A stretch of 64,000 nt of DNA, from the NCBI RefSeq assembly GCF_006345805.1, contig NC_043015.1, forward strand, positions 3,534,001 to 3,598,000. The letters run 5' to 3'. The position numbers and the translations under genes were made by a program. This DNA is from Octopus sinensis. Its lineage: Eukaryota. The notes under the pieces were generated by a model. It did no database searches. It saw nothing but the letters and a program-made list of their open reading frames with translations, and was not told the DNA's origin. This document shows, one piece after another, positions 28,090-41,115 of the stretch (positions within the stretch are counted from its first letter, which is position 1; each line of letters starts with the position of its first letter).

Positions 28090-29090
28090 TTTCTGTTACT
28101 CTGCTTTAACAGAAATTTTCCCATGGTTACTAAAGGACAGTACTTCCGTCTCCACTTCCAATTTCTTTTTCAAGCGAAATTTGAAGAGGTCAATGACAGT
28201 TCTATCAAAGAGGAATATATCTGTGTTCATGCCATTTAGCCTTGCACGACACACAACCTCTTTTGCCACAGCCACTAGGTAAAGAAAAACTGCATTGCCT
28301 CGACATTTGAAGGAGGGCGGCAAGGCGATCAAGAATACAGACACATCCCACTGATGAATCCATTCCACCTGGACACTGAACGAGTGTGTGCAGAACTATT
28401 TCGTCAATCTGCGCGCAATTTGGAGAATTCTATAGGCACCTCTGTATCTAAAGAATTTATCTCCAGCTGGTACACACTCGAGTAGCAGTACCAGGGCAAG
28501 CATATCTGGAAATTACACATGATAGATCCTGACGGGAGAGTTCTCCGGAAGAGACTAGCAAGTTCTTCGTCGGCGCCCGGCGTTTCATCAAGAAAGTAGT
28601 AGCACTTCCCTGCCTCAAATCATCTACAAATTTCTAATGCAGGACCTCCACTGATCCTATTGCCCGACTTGTAAAGCACTGTGGGCAGCTCACAGTATGC
28701 TATGTATTAAAGTATTGTGCTTTACATCCCCCAGAACTGCAGCTCCATTAAGGAGACGAGGTGTATAAACACGAGCCTTAAAAAACGGAGTACACATTTG
28801 GTCACCATCCATAAATTATTACAGATGGTGTAAAGCATTGTCTTCGTCCTTCCCTCCACAGTGTCACCACACCTTTGCTAATAGTATTAGGAATACCCCT
28901 GTTCTATTGCCATCTGCGGTAGGCGTCTGTCAAGAGATTGCCAAACAAATCTGGAAGAATAAATATAATTCATAGGGAAGCACATCGAAACTGAGCGACC
29001 TCCGACTTCTATAATCGCTCATATTCTCCCCGCTGTAATCCTCCTTTCACGTAACATCGCGTCAGCTGTCGAGAGCCTTCGTAAGCTGTC
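28090..29090 (-). mobile_element. Decayed L1/Tx1-like LINE ORF2 C-terminus
   Basis: Minus strand SPNCAQIDEIVLHTLVQCP (CCHC knuckle with the first Cys decayed), then FLYLVAVAKEVVCRARLNG..DLFKFRLKKKLEVE; many stops upstream. Confidence 0.65.
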
Positions 29091-29671
29091 CAGTTACGAG
29101 TCAAATTCCAGTACCGTCATCGACTAATAACACACACACACACACCACATCCCCTAACCATTTTTATTTATCAACCAAACAAGCACTTGCTTGACTGTGT
29201 CTTTGCAGGTGATTATGTATATACGAGTGTGTGACAGAGACAGACAGACTGACAGACGACACATAGACGGGGAGAATGTATTTGTGCAAGCTTTAAAATA
29301 CATTCTGGAGGGCAGAAGCTATTGTTTTAGTCAATTATTATACCTGAAAGTATAAAATATATTAGCTATCACTTTCAATCACAAATTCAGTGGATTGTAT
29401 AACGTACTAAATCCTAATGTAATATGACATAATGCTAAAATATATTGTTCCAGTTAAAACAGAATAGTGATATATGACGATCAAAATGTTTAATATATAA
29501 TTATATAATCGTACATTTTTTTTTCCGTCATAAAATATAATGATTTCCTATATTGCTTTATTTGAAACCAGGAGAAAAATTGATGCTATCTACAAAGTAA
29601 TGGAAAGTTTCCAATATGTATTATACGATTTCCGAATTCATTTGTTATTGTATCATATATACGTAAATGTT

Positions 29672-29739
<68 letters not shown>

Positions 29740-29861
29740 TACATATATATATACACACACACATATATATATATTATATATATATTATACATATATATAC
29801 ATATATATATATACGTATATATGCATATATATATACATGTATACATTTATAGATATATATG

Positions 29862-29897
<36 letters not shown>

Positions 29898-30008
29898 ATA
29901 TATATATATATATAAACAAATATATATATATATATGTATCTATATATATATATATACATATAAACATACACGCATGCATACAAACACTCATACACACATA
30001 TAAATACG

Positions 30009-30040
<32 letters not shown>

Positions 30041-30632
30041 TCCTTGTGTATGTGTATGTATGTATGCATGTGTGTATGCCTCCTCTTTCAATGTCTCACA
30101 TCAGCAATGCCATCAGTCGACTACTCCGGCAAGAAAAATAACTGCATCATTAATGAACTTAATTGAATGGCAGTCATTATAATATCATCAGTCCATTAAT
30201 GTTTCGCCGGTATACTGACGTGAGACTTCGTATTGATATCTTAATTATTCGCATCAATGATGACATCCGATTCAGAAATTGGTCTATAATATTTATTAAA
30301 CTTGTCAACGACTTTGTTTTTATTATTAGCACAATTTCTTCTCTTATTTTCGCCGCGCAATTTTCCTGCCAGTCTGTTTTGTATTTCATCTGAGCTGAAT
30401 TAGTAAAAGTTTGTTCTGCAGTCGCATTAGCTGATACACCCGCATCAAAATTGGCAGCCGTGTGAATAGGAGAGGAGTTATATTAATATCAAAAATAGTA
30501 TGAAGAAGATTAATAATAATATGCAGAAAACTAAAAATATTAATAATAAACAAGAAAGCCCACCAAATCCGTGCTGAATAACAATATAAATAATTCTAAT
30601 CTAATAACATTGGTGGAATGGTATAAAGGAAC

Positions 30633-30861
30633 GGCGATCTGGCAGAAACGTTAGCACGCCGGGCGAAATGCGTAGCCGTATTTCATCTACCGTTACGTTC
30701 TGGGTTCAAATTCCGCCGAGGTAGACTATGCCTTTTATCCTTTCAGGGTCGATAAATTAAGCACCAGTTACGCACTGGGGTCGATATAATCAACTTAAGC
30801 CGTTTGGCTGTCCTTGTTTGTCCCCTCTGTGTTTAGCCCCTTGTGGATAGTAAAGAAATAG
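30633..30861 (+). mobile_element. tRNA-derived SINE, family 2
   Basis: Aligns to the reverse complement of 7556-7779. Confidence 0.85.
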
Positions 30862-31639
30862 GTTTAAAGGAACCTGTAGAATACTTGAAGGAAGCGGCGT
30901 TTTAACTAAAATATCCATAACAACGAAATTTTACTGCCATACATTTTCGCCATGCACGATGTCTTAGGGAAACATCTGCTAAAGGCACATGTGAAATCAA
31001 CATCGGAAATTTTGCAATTAATGAAATATATGTGGAACAAGACAGTAATTACGCAAATTGATTAATTATGAATACACTCAAATATCTACACAATCATATA
31101 TATATATATATATGTATATATATTATCATGCACCTAGGACTACACATACATCCCAATGTTTACACAGCTACGTGAAATTTATTGAACACATATACATACA
31201 TATGAAAGCACATGTCGAAAACCAAGCAAAAGAAAGATAACAAAATAATCGGTTTTCGAGCTAACACAGAGTGAACAATTCATATGTTTAAATCTCAACA
31301 AAAAGATATTTCCGGAGATAAATCTGTCAACAAACAAGTACAGACGAACACATTTGTAAGACTTAAGAAGCTACGTTATGATCAATGGTTTTTTTTTTCA
31401 AGGAAATCGGAGGTGCTGCTGTCTCAAAAAGTTAACCCTAAAGAGACTGAACCTTCCCCTAGTATCAACGTCCAATTACGTCATGCCCCTCTCATAACAA
31501 TGCAATATACAAAGCGTATCGGCCTCAAACGTGCCAACAATGGCCCAGCACGTTAGTGAGGAAGAAGACTGGGTACGGAAAATCAGCTACTGTTTAAAAT
31601 CTTATAGAAGCATAGGAGCCTGAAGTACCAGAGAACCGG

Positions 31640-31910
31640 GATATTCCAACAGATGGCCATCAAATAACGAAAAGAAAACATAATGATAAGTGGTTAAGGG
31701 AAGATAATAAAGAAGTTTCTAGCCTTCTATCATGCAAAGTATTTCTCCATAAACAAAATTTTTATTGAACAAACCCACCTAAATTAGTTACAGGCACTTT
31801 GAAATAAGATCTTACATAGAGTGTAACAAATATGCCAACGTCAAGAAGAAACTTTATGAAAAGAAAATTACTTACTAAATTAAAGAGTGATCAAATTAAA
31901 CAATGAATAA
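31640..31910 (+). pseudogene. Possible decayed N-terminus of an R4/Dong-like ORF
   Basis: ITKRKHNDKWLREDNKEV and RNFMKRKLLTKLKSDQIKQ in broken frames, resembling the N-terminal W..E.N and R.I.K..L motifs. Confidence 0.35.
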
Positions 31911-32416
31911 GGGATAAAGGGAAGGAAGTTGCAGCTAAATAAAATACTACCGAGGAAATATTTATAGACTTACACAGGCCTGATGAAAATGCAGTAATAA
32001 TAGGAAGATTCAAAATGGAATAGTCTCTGAAACAGCCATGAAACCTAAGGCAGATGAAAATCAGATAGATGAAGAAAGTTACACAGAAATTGACCCAACT
32101 GATATAGATGATCTAAAAAAATAAAATCAAGATTGAATGGATGAAAATGAAAGGAACAAGTATGAATGAACTTAATACTCTTGCAAAAATATGCAACTTC
32201 AAACAAAATCTATAAATAATTATTTATTAAAATCCCCCTTGCATTGAGGGACATAATTTCAGCTAATGATATAGATAATACAGACCGCAACTACCTGTAG
32301 TATTCATCGGCGAAAATCTCAGCGATTCTATGTCGTATAAAGATTAGAAAACAATATTCTCAAAACGTGCCTACTTGGAAAGAGCGTATTCAACACCAAA
32401 TTCAGCTAATAACGTT

Positions 32417-32700
32417 TCACGTAGAATGTTTTAAAATCCTAATACGAAAACCTAGCTTGACATCGATACCACCATCTAAAATATTGGAACTCTTACTCAT
32501 TTTCTTTATTATAAATGTAGCTGTTGCACATTTATCGTGGCTAAATTCAGCCCTGATGTCATCACTGAACTGTTTAACAATTGCTTGTAAGACCTGTGGT
32601 TGTTGTTCATATTGTGCAAAAAGCTTTAAATCATCAATGTAAGAGGTATAAGTTATATTTTTATCAAAACTTTTATACATCATTGAGAAATTTCGAAAGA
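32417..32700 (-). pseudogene. R4/Dong-like RT fragment
   Basis: YIDDLKLFAQYEQQPQVLQAIVKQFSDDIRAEFSHDKCATATF matches the YMDDLKL..FS.DI.MEFGLDKCA motif of RLE-type LINEs. Confidence 0.7.
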
Positions 32701-33190
32701 GGTCTTAAGGGGAGATAAAAGAGATGTAGGGTTTGAGATTCACCCTGGAAAATGCTATATGAAATACTTACATTCTTACATACTTACAGACAAGACGTTT
32801 CTCAGTATAGGAGCTATTTCAGAAGGTTCCAAACAATTCTTAATCCAGCAATTTGGTGGAGAATGGTCGAGCGAACGGGCCTGCCCTTTGCCTACGCCGG
32901 TAATTTTCAAATACGAAATGGAAAATGTTACCAACCTCAAAATTCAGAGTACCCATAGCTTTTTATGCGTTTTTACCATGAACAGCCCTTAAACGTCTCC
33001 TCCCTATCAAGAATTATACATTTTCAAAAATGTCTTCCTTTCTTTTAATTTTGATAGATTTGTTTACACGAAAATCCCATACAGCAACACGCAATCAAAA
33101 ACACATTCTTTATTTTGTCATGTAGTGTTCATCATGTTTTTCTTAACGGTAAACCATGTGGTTAGTAAAGAAATCATTATTATCATTATT

Positions 33191-33562
33191 GGAGGCGCAA
33201 TGGCCCAGTGGTTAGGGCAGCGGACTCGCGGTTTCGATTCCCAGACCGGGCGTTGTGAGTGTTTATTGAGCGAAAACACCTAAAGCTCCACGAGGCTCTG
33301 GCAGGGGATGGTGCTGATCCCCGCTGTACTCTTTCACCACAACTTTCTCTCACTCTTACTTCCTGTTTCTGTTGTACCTGTATTTCAAAGGGCCGGCCTT
33401 GTCACTCTCTGTGTCACGCTGAATATCCCCGAGAACTGCGTTAAGGGTACACGTGTCTGTGGAGTGCTCAGCCACTTACACGTTAATTTCACGAGCAGGC
33501 TGTTCCGTTGATTCGGATCAACCGGAACCTTCATCGTCGTAACCGACGGAGTGCTTCCATCC
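33191..33562 (+). mobile_element. tRNA-derived SINE, family 3, full length
   Basis: GGAGGCGCAATGGCCCAGTGGTTAGG..GGTTTCGATTCCC head; body shared with 12897 and 61690; ends at an ATT tract. Confidence 0.85.
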
Positions 33563-33579
33563 ATTATCATTATTATTAT

Positions 33580-33848
33580 TTTATTTGCACATCTAACGCT
33601 GGAGTTGTACTACAGTATTAGCTGTTCACTGCCAGTTAACTAAGTTAACACCTCTTAATTTTCGAGCCCTTTGTGGAGTATTCAAGCGGTTCAAAGCAGT
33701 GCTATTTTCTGCAAGTTCTCCACCCGTATTGCAGACCCTATTTTGTTCACTTACTTTTTGAGATTTTAACTCACTGTTCCCAGGGCCCCGACAATGTTTG
33801 CTACTACTGGTATCTTTTTCATCGACCACAGCTGCTTAACTTGTTGAT
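33580..33848 (-). mobile_element. 3' end of an R4/Dong-like LINE (RLE C-terminus + 3' UTR)
   Basis: QQVKQLWSMKKIPVVANIVGALGTVS..LQKIALL*TA*IL..LE matches the end motif +GALG...LQK.ALLGTARIL. Confidence 0.7.
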
Positions 33849-33855
33849 GATATTC

Positions 33856-33973
33856 TTCTTCTTCTTCTTCTCTTCTTCTTCTTCTTCTTCTTCTTCTCTT
33901 CTTCTTCTTCTTCTTCTTCTTCTTCTTCTTCTTCTTCTTCTTCTTCATCTTCTTCTTAATATTATTATTATTA

Positions 33974-34052
<79 letters not shown>
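33856..34052. repeat. (TTC)n followed by (ATT)n microsatellite
   Basis: Directly visible trinucleotide runs. Confidence 0.97.
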
Positions 34053-34574
34053 CATGCAAGAGCAGTGCATGTTATCAAAGTTAAAATATACGAAGCCCAG
34101 TAAACCCATCATGACTAACCGTCTGATAAAGGTACATCAGGCACATGCATCACAACCATGTGTGCGCGACAAAGCGATCTCATATCAAGATAAACAGCAC
34201 ATGACCTTGCAGGTAGGGCTCAGCTAGAATTTTCTTCTTGGCGAGTAATCTATCCCGTTCAAAAAGTCCCTGAATAACGGTTGTTTAAGAATGTTGAACG
34301 AAAAACCCATGTTTCCAGTGGTGAATTATCCAAATCCCAAACAATTCCTCTCATCATGCTCCCCCACTGCATCTGCTCATGATCAGAGATGCACATATCA
34401 TCAGCCACTAAGGGTTATGCTCAACTGGTTAAGGTCAAATAACTGACAAGCAAATCTGTGGTATTGAGCAGAATATTTGCTGTAGGCCATGTGTTATACC
34501 AAGACAAATCAACATACGTGATAACATTTCAAATCAGAACCATATGTGCGCGACATGGTGATGTCCTATCAAGA

Positions 34575-34701
34575 TAAACAGCACATGGCCTTGCAGGTGA
34601 TGCCATTAAGCAGCACATGACCTTGCCGGTGGGGCCCATAAACAGTACATGATCTTGCAGGTGGGGCCCATAAAGAGCACATGACCCTGCAGGTGGGGCC
34701 C

Positions 34702-34702
<1 letters not shown>
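34575..34702. repeat. Four 32-bp tandem repeats (AGCACATGACCTTGCAGGTGGGGCCCATAAAC-like)
   Basis: Units at ~34579, 34611, 34643 and 34675 with no spacers. A related block at 34154-34214 is repeated at 34538-34600. Confidence 0.9.
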
Positions 34703-34763
<61 letters not shown>

Positions 34764-34834
34764 TATTATTATTATTATTATTTTATTATCATTATCATTA
34801 TCATAATTATAATTAGTACTATTATTATTACCAT

Positions 34835-35530
34835 TCAGTAGTCTTATGTTAATCAAGTGCTTTCACTTCACCACCGAGTGCAGCACTGTGTGCCTTGCGT
34901 ATATGATGTAGTTTGTTGTGGCGCTCTTATTGTTACTGTATTAAAAGTGTTTAAGTAGGATGTATGCGATGCAAGGTAATGTCATTTGTATGTCATAGAT
35001 GTCTGTTAGTCCTGGTGTTTTTGTTATGTATTTGTATGAATATTTTTATCATACCTAAAGCGCCTACTATGATAGGAATTGTTTCTGTTTTTAGACTCCT
35101 AAATCGAGTTGCTTTTATTTCCACGTCTTTATATTTTGAAAATTTCTCAATATCTTTTAGAAAAACGTTGTCATCTGTTGGTATTGATAGATCAAGTAGA
35201 AAGCATTTCTGTATTGGCGATCTGTGCTTATCCGGCTTTTTAGCCTTAATTTCTCTCTGTGTGTGCATTGGCATATCCCATATCACGGTTGCTTTCTCAT
35301 TTTTTGTGACCTTTTTTCTGCTGTGTGGTTATACCATCTTTTTCTCTTTTTATTCCAAAGTGTCGATATAGCTTCCGATGTATATAGGTACCAGCACTGT
35401 CACGTCTGTGAAGATATTCCTTCTTAGTCAGGGCTGGGCAGCCAGAGAAAATATAGTTTATTGTTTGTTGTTGTTCTCCACATATTCTACAGTTACTTGT
35501 CATACTTCTTTTCATTAACTGTTTTGTTCT
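34835..35530 (-). mobile_element. 3' part of an R4/Dong-like LINE (CCHC knuckle + restriction-like endonuclease), flanked by (ATT)n
   Basis: CRICGEQQQTINYIFSGCPAL..EYLHR; IWDMPMHT.REIKAKKPD..CFLLDLSIPTDDNV..EKFSKYKDVEI..TIPIIVGALG. Confidence 0.85.
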
Positions 35531-35542
35531 TCTGCTGCAAAT

Positions 35543-35594
35543 GTTATTATTATTATTATTATTATTATATTATTATTATTATTATTATTATTAA

Positions 35595-35632
<38 letters not shown>

Positions 35633-35707
35633 TATTATTATTTTATTATTATTATATTATTATTATTATTAATATTATTATTATTATTATTATTTTCATT
35701 ATTATTA

Positions 35708-35783
<76 letters not shown>

Positions 35784-35805
35784 TATTATTATATTATTAT
35801 TATTT

Positions 35806-35843
<38 letters not shown>

Positions 35844-35936
35844 TTGATTATTATTATTATTATTATTATTTTGATTATTATTAATATTATTATTATTATC
35901 ATTATTATTATTAGTAGTAGAAGTAGTAGTAGTAGC

Positions 35937-35980
<44 letters not shown>

Positions 35981-35992
35981 CAGCAGCAGCAG
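35543..35992. repeat. Long (ATT)n tract followed by (AGT)n/(AGC)n
   Basis: Directly visible. Confidence 0.97.
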
Positions 35993-37495
35993 CAATGGCA
36001 GGAGCAGCAACAGCCCTAGCAGGGCATGTCTGATATTGTAGCGTGGCTGATAATGTTGATTGATTCCTAAAGAGCCTATGTGTGATATTGTTGTCAAGTG
36101 TGATGAATGATATTTAACTTCACCTGTTTGGCTTGAGAATTCACAAATTACTCATGATATCAAACACTATCAACTAAAAATATGTGCTATATAGAAAACA
36201 CGAATTAGAAATACCGTAGCTTGTCGTCTGATTTTCGTATTTTTGTTGGTTTATTGTGAATACGTACATGACTCTGTGTGTGTTTGTATGCGTTTTCATG
36301 TTAGCGTTAGTAGCAGACTTTGACCCAATTTGATTATATTTGGCAGTGATATAATTGAACATATGCTGCTAAAAGCCTATGGGAAATCAGGTGAGTAGTA
36401 ACAATTTTATGTCTTTGCGTCTTGATTATGAAGTTTTCAGGTTGTGCATAATGAAACAAATCTGATTTGGTTGTTATTGATAATATTGTTTTCACTTCAA
36501 AATATCTTTTGTCTTGTTTTTTTTTTTGTCTGTATTTGCTCTCCTTCTCTCTCTCCGTCTCTCTTTCTTTCGCTATTTTTCTTTTTGCGGTGTACTAAAT
36601 GATAAACTGTTTCCTGGTCATTCATTATCGGCAGCAAATTTGTGTTTGATTCACATCTGGAAGCATTTCGTTCCAATTGTTCTAAAGCTATTATTTGAAA
36701 AGTTGTGGGAATTGTTTTATAGAATGTGATTTAAGCACAAGTCAATCTTGAGCCAGGAATTAAAAAAAACAGCTCGAATAGAGTATATTTTATTTCCATC
36801 CGTATTGCGAGATGGAAAAACAAAATACGTGTGAAAGCATGCATTTATTTAATGTACTAATTTATATAATATAGCTTTCGTAAGATACTATAGGTGATTC
36901 ATGAACAGTATGGATGCTAATTTTATGTTTCTTCATGACCCTCATCTTTCTATCGCTTCATGCTTTTTCGCTGATATAAGACGTGAGAGAGAAACATGAA
37001 ACAAGCAGAGAGAGTGTGTGTGAGACATGAAACGGTGTCATGAGGTGTGATTTTATCTTTAACTTGGTTGAGGTCTCTTGATATTTAGGTGATGCAACCC
37101 TACATTCTACAAAATTATGTCTTTCATATTCCCTTTGGGAATGCTTCATGTCTTTCTACTAATAATGTTTACAGTAGAATATATATAATGAATATATAAT
37201 TATATAAAATACAACTTCATGTACTTCACAAACTCGTATTAAAACAGTAGACGTTAAATCATATATCAATAGAAAAGATTAGCTCCATTTATTCCCCTGT
37301 TTATTACTTACACTCTGTTTCTATCTTTACTTGTAATGAAGGTGTGCATTCAGAGAAATGATTTATTTTCAAGAATATTTCTCTTAAAAAATTCATAATA
37401 ATTGTAATTATTATGAAATTCAAATCCCTGAATATTTGTATCCCCTTATTTCTTCAATGCATAGAAGGTTAATTCCATTGTGCATACTTTCTTTT

Positions 37496-37866
37496 AATCT
37501 TTTACTTGACTGCGGACATGCTGGGGAACCGCCTTTAATCGAGCAACTCGCACCCGGGATTTATTCTTTGTAAGCCCAGTACTTATTCTATCGGTCTGTT
37601 TTGCCGAACAGCAAAGCGACGGGGACATAAACACACCAGCATCTGTTGTCAAGCAATGCTAGGGGGACAAACACAAACATACACGCACACACACATATAC
37701 ATATATATATACATATATACGACGGTCTTCTTTCAGTTTCCGTCTATCAAATCCATTCACAAGGCTTTGGTCGGCCCGAGACTTGCCCAAGGTGCCCCGC
37801 AGTGGGACTGAACCCGGAACCATTTGGTTGGTAAACAAGCTACTTACCACACAGCCACTCCTGCGC
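37496..37866 (-). mobile_element. SINE family 1, near full length
   Basis: Reverse complement aligns to 12246-12676, including the GGCGGT.CCCCAGCATG tail. Confidence 0.88.
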
Positions 37867-39563
37867 ATGTATATATATATATATATATCATATAAACAAT
37901 TTTGTCCAAGTGTGTGTGGTCAGATTATCATATACGAAACAAATATGTAATTCAAGCATCTTTTAATTGTTGTTTTAACTCAGTGCATTGAATCCAAGTT
38001 GTCAATAACTAGCTGACGTTCTTTCATTTAGGTCTGAGATATTATCGAAAGGATATTAAGGAAAACCTTTTTGTATCTCCGAGAACCAGGTTTAGGATTG
38101 ACAGATTTAAATATTTACGCATATATTCCTTTCATTTTATATAACTAATAATGACAATTGCAAAAATTTCGAAATTTTACAAAGACGAACATGGACGATC
38201 ATTATCCATATTTATATTTCGGAATAAAACCCAAATATTTAATAATTTATTAATATGAAGCATACTTGTTATGAAAATGGTTTGAAATAACCCGTATTAT
38301 AACAAGATTATTTCTTTGGTTTCGTCGAAATATGGTACCACGATCAGGAGCGATAACTAGTATATTTTAAAAGAAATATAGATCTGCGATTAAATATTCG
38401 AATGATTAGGAATATTTCTTTTCTCCTCATTCAGATGTACTGAATATTACATATTCAGAATAATGTGATATCCTTTTTGCATATTTGATAGTAATTTATC
38501 TGATAAATATATCAGTGATTCAGGAGATATTGTTTTGCTAATATTCCAGATATGCCTGCATATTTTACTGATTTCCTTTCGATAATATCTCATGCTTCAA
38601 ACTAAATCCACATTTGAGAAACGTACGTTTGGAATTTACAAAAAATTGTGCAGCCTTCTCTAATGTATGAAGCCAACTTTTTGCTGGGTAAAGTAATTTC
38701 TGCTGCCTTTATTGTATTCTGCGTGCGTATTTATTTTTGCTTCCAATGTGCTCATTAATTATTAATTTCTAATTTAATTCAATTTATTTGGAAAGGTTCG
38801 TTGGATTACAGATATGAATATTTTCTAACTGTTCCTTGAGCAAACAGAAGTAATTTATATATCATTATAAACATGTCTTCGTGAATTAGGCGTTGAAATT
38901 TATGACGGATGGAAAATGCATACACACATACGAATACCCATGTTAGTATGCATGTATAAAGGCATACGCACGCACATAAACACGCACTCATGCATATATA
39001 TATATACATTAGAAATAATAGATTCGAAGTTAGCGTGTAATATTTAAATAAGTTTCATGGCACTATGTTCTAAATCAGTGATTCTTGACCTTTCGTAGGT
39101 CAGCGAAGCCAGTGAAGGAATAGCATTCATCAATATTTGCATGGGTTAGGGACATCAATGGAAATTGTTTCACGAAAGTATTTAATAGAACGATTACTGA
39201 AGTATCCACATTTTAATAAACCCGGAAAATTCATCATTCGCTTTACTCACAGAGACAAAAATCTCCAGGATATGCTTTTTGCAAATTTGTTTTTTAAATA
39301 TCGAGATCGTAATAAGTTTAAATTATTGGTTTCTTAGCAAAAGCATGGAACTGACAAAATTCTAACACCCTAAATGAAGTCGTGTTTGACATTATAAGGC
39401 CTGATCTGAACAGAAACGCAAATAATGCGGAACAACCATCTAGATTAAAACCACTACTTTAAGTAATATAAAGCTACTCCTTATGATAGTAATTTTAAAT
39501 CATAAGTACGTTTAAATATTTGTTGTGCAAGATTTTCTATGTGAAGTCGTGTGTTGAAACAGA

Positions 39564-40175
39564 TATTGTTATATTTCGGAATGGTCATATTGCCAGTTTA
39601 GCCAATAAAACCACACGCACTATATATTTGGTGTTATTTTGCTTCAGTGATATTTATTTTTTACATTAATCTTAATCTTATTTCGGCCAGAGTTCTTTCG
39701 TCACACTCCTGTGACCGCATCAGTGGTCCTTTGTTTTCTTCTCACTTATTTGTGTCTCTCCTTACTAACCGTCAGCCATTTTGTATTCTATGTATGTCTT
39801 CATTTGCGCATGCTTATATCTCTATGTGCGTCTATGTTTATTTAGTGTGTGTGGGGGGGATGCCTGTAATTTGTATCTTCTGTTTATATACATTCATGTA
39901 ATTTGTAATTTGTATTTTGTTTTGTGTTGTTGCTTTTGTTCTAATTTTATTCATGGTTTACATCCACCCATTATTATCATACATATGCTTGTATGTATGT
40001 AAACAACAATATTAGTAATAATAATAATAATCTAATCGAAAAAAAGTATATATAAATAATAATATATATATATCTATATATATACATATACACATATATA
40101 TATACACACATATATATATATATATATTATATATATATCATTATACAAATGTATATGCACACATATATATATATA
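39564..40175 (-). mobile_element. 3' part of a second PLE-like element (family B), interrupted by the large PLE; its 5' part is at 45421-45839
   Basis: 39564-39709 is the reverse complement of 45694-45839. Carries an HHR-like motif at 39685-39729. Confidence 0.55.
39685..39729 (-). ncRNA. Minimal hammerhead-like motif with a variant core (CUGAUGCG)
   Basis: GGACCA-CTGATGCG-GTCACA ggag TGTGAC-GAAA-gaac-TC-TGGCC: perfect 6-bp stem II; stem I CCA/TGG extended by GG/CC around a bulge. Confidence 0.5.
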
Positions 40176-40275
40176 TAACGGGAAGCTTTATGAAAATAAA
40201 CAAAAGACGAAGGCAGGTGGAAAACAAACGAACAATTGTATTAGTATGGCGCTCAGGAAATATAAATAAAACAAG

Positions 40276-40313
40276 TCTTTAACGTTTCGAGCCTACGCTC
40301 TTCAACAGAAAGA
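40276..40313 (-). ncRNA. Minimal type I hammerhead-like motif in the 3' pseudo-LTR (variant core CUGUUGA)
   Basis: TCTTT-CTGTTGA-A-GAGC gtag GCTC-GAAA-CG-TT-AAAGA: 5-bp stem I, 4-bp stem II, palindromic AACGTT. Confidence 0.6.
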
Positions 40314-41115
40314 TACACAGAGGAGAAAAACACACAGAAAGAAGGAGAGAAAAAAAATGCGTGCAGTAGCTAACGAATCAACATGGCGATCTGATTTCGG
40401 CCAGAGGTCAAATATCAAACATGAGACGCGAGAGCGAAATAAGGGGAGATAATAGGTTGTTAAAAAGGGTTGAGGGACCAGCTAAAAGTGCGTGGGAGGG
40501 GTCTGGATGTGTGTATGTATAGGGTTGGTGTATGTATTAGTATGTATAAGGGTGTATGTGTGTGTGTGTGTGTGTGTGTATGAGAGAGTATTAGTGCGTA
40601 GGATTGGTCTGGACGTGCGTATGTATGGGGTTAGTGTATGTATTAGTATGTATTAGTATGTATTAGTACGTATTGGTATGTATAGGTGTGTGTGTGTGAG
40701 AGAGTATAAGTGCGTATGCGGGGTCTGGACGTGTGTATGTATAGGGTTGGTGTAAGTATTAGTATGTACTAGTATGTATTAGTACGTATTAGTATGTATT
40801 AGTTGGTGTGTGTATTAGTATGGCAATCATATGTGATGTGAGTGTAAAGTCATGTGGTTGTGGTGTAGTGAGGAGAAGAGGGGGGGAGGGGAATAAGAGG
40901 GGGGAGAGAAGGGGATGGGAAGAAGAAGAGGGGAGGAGGAAGGGGAAGAGGAGAGGATGGGGAGAAGGAAGGGGAGAGAGGGAGCAGAGGGAAGGGGAAG
41001 AGGGAGGGAGAAAGAGGGAGGGAAGAGGGAAGGGGAGTAGGGGTGAAGGATGAAGGACTGAAGAAGTAGGGGTCGGGGGGAGAAAGGATAGGTGAGGAGG
41101 GGGGGGGGAGGGGTG

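Noticed and set aside
33673-34227. 184-aa ORF with poly-Ser/Leu/Ile
   Set aside because: Composed of antisense R4-like sequence and (TTC)n/(ATT)n repeats.
34575-34702. CRISPR-like 32-bp repeats
   Set aside because: The units are contiguous with no unique spacers, there are no cas genes, and the context is eukaryotic.
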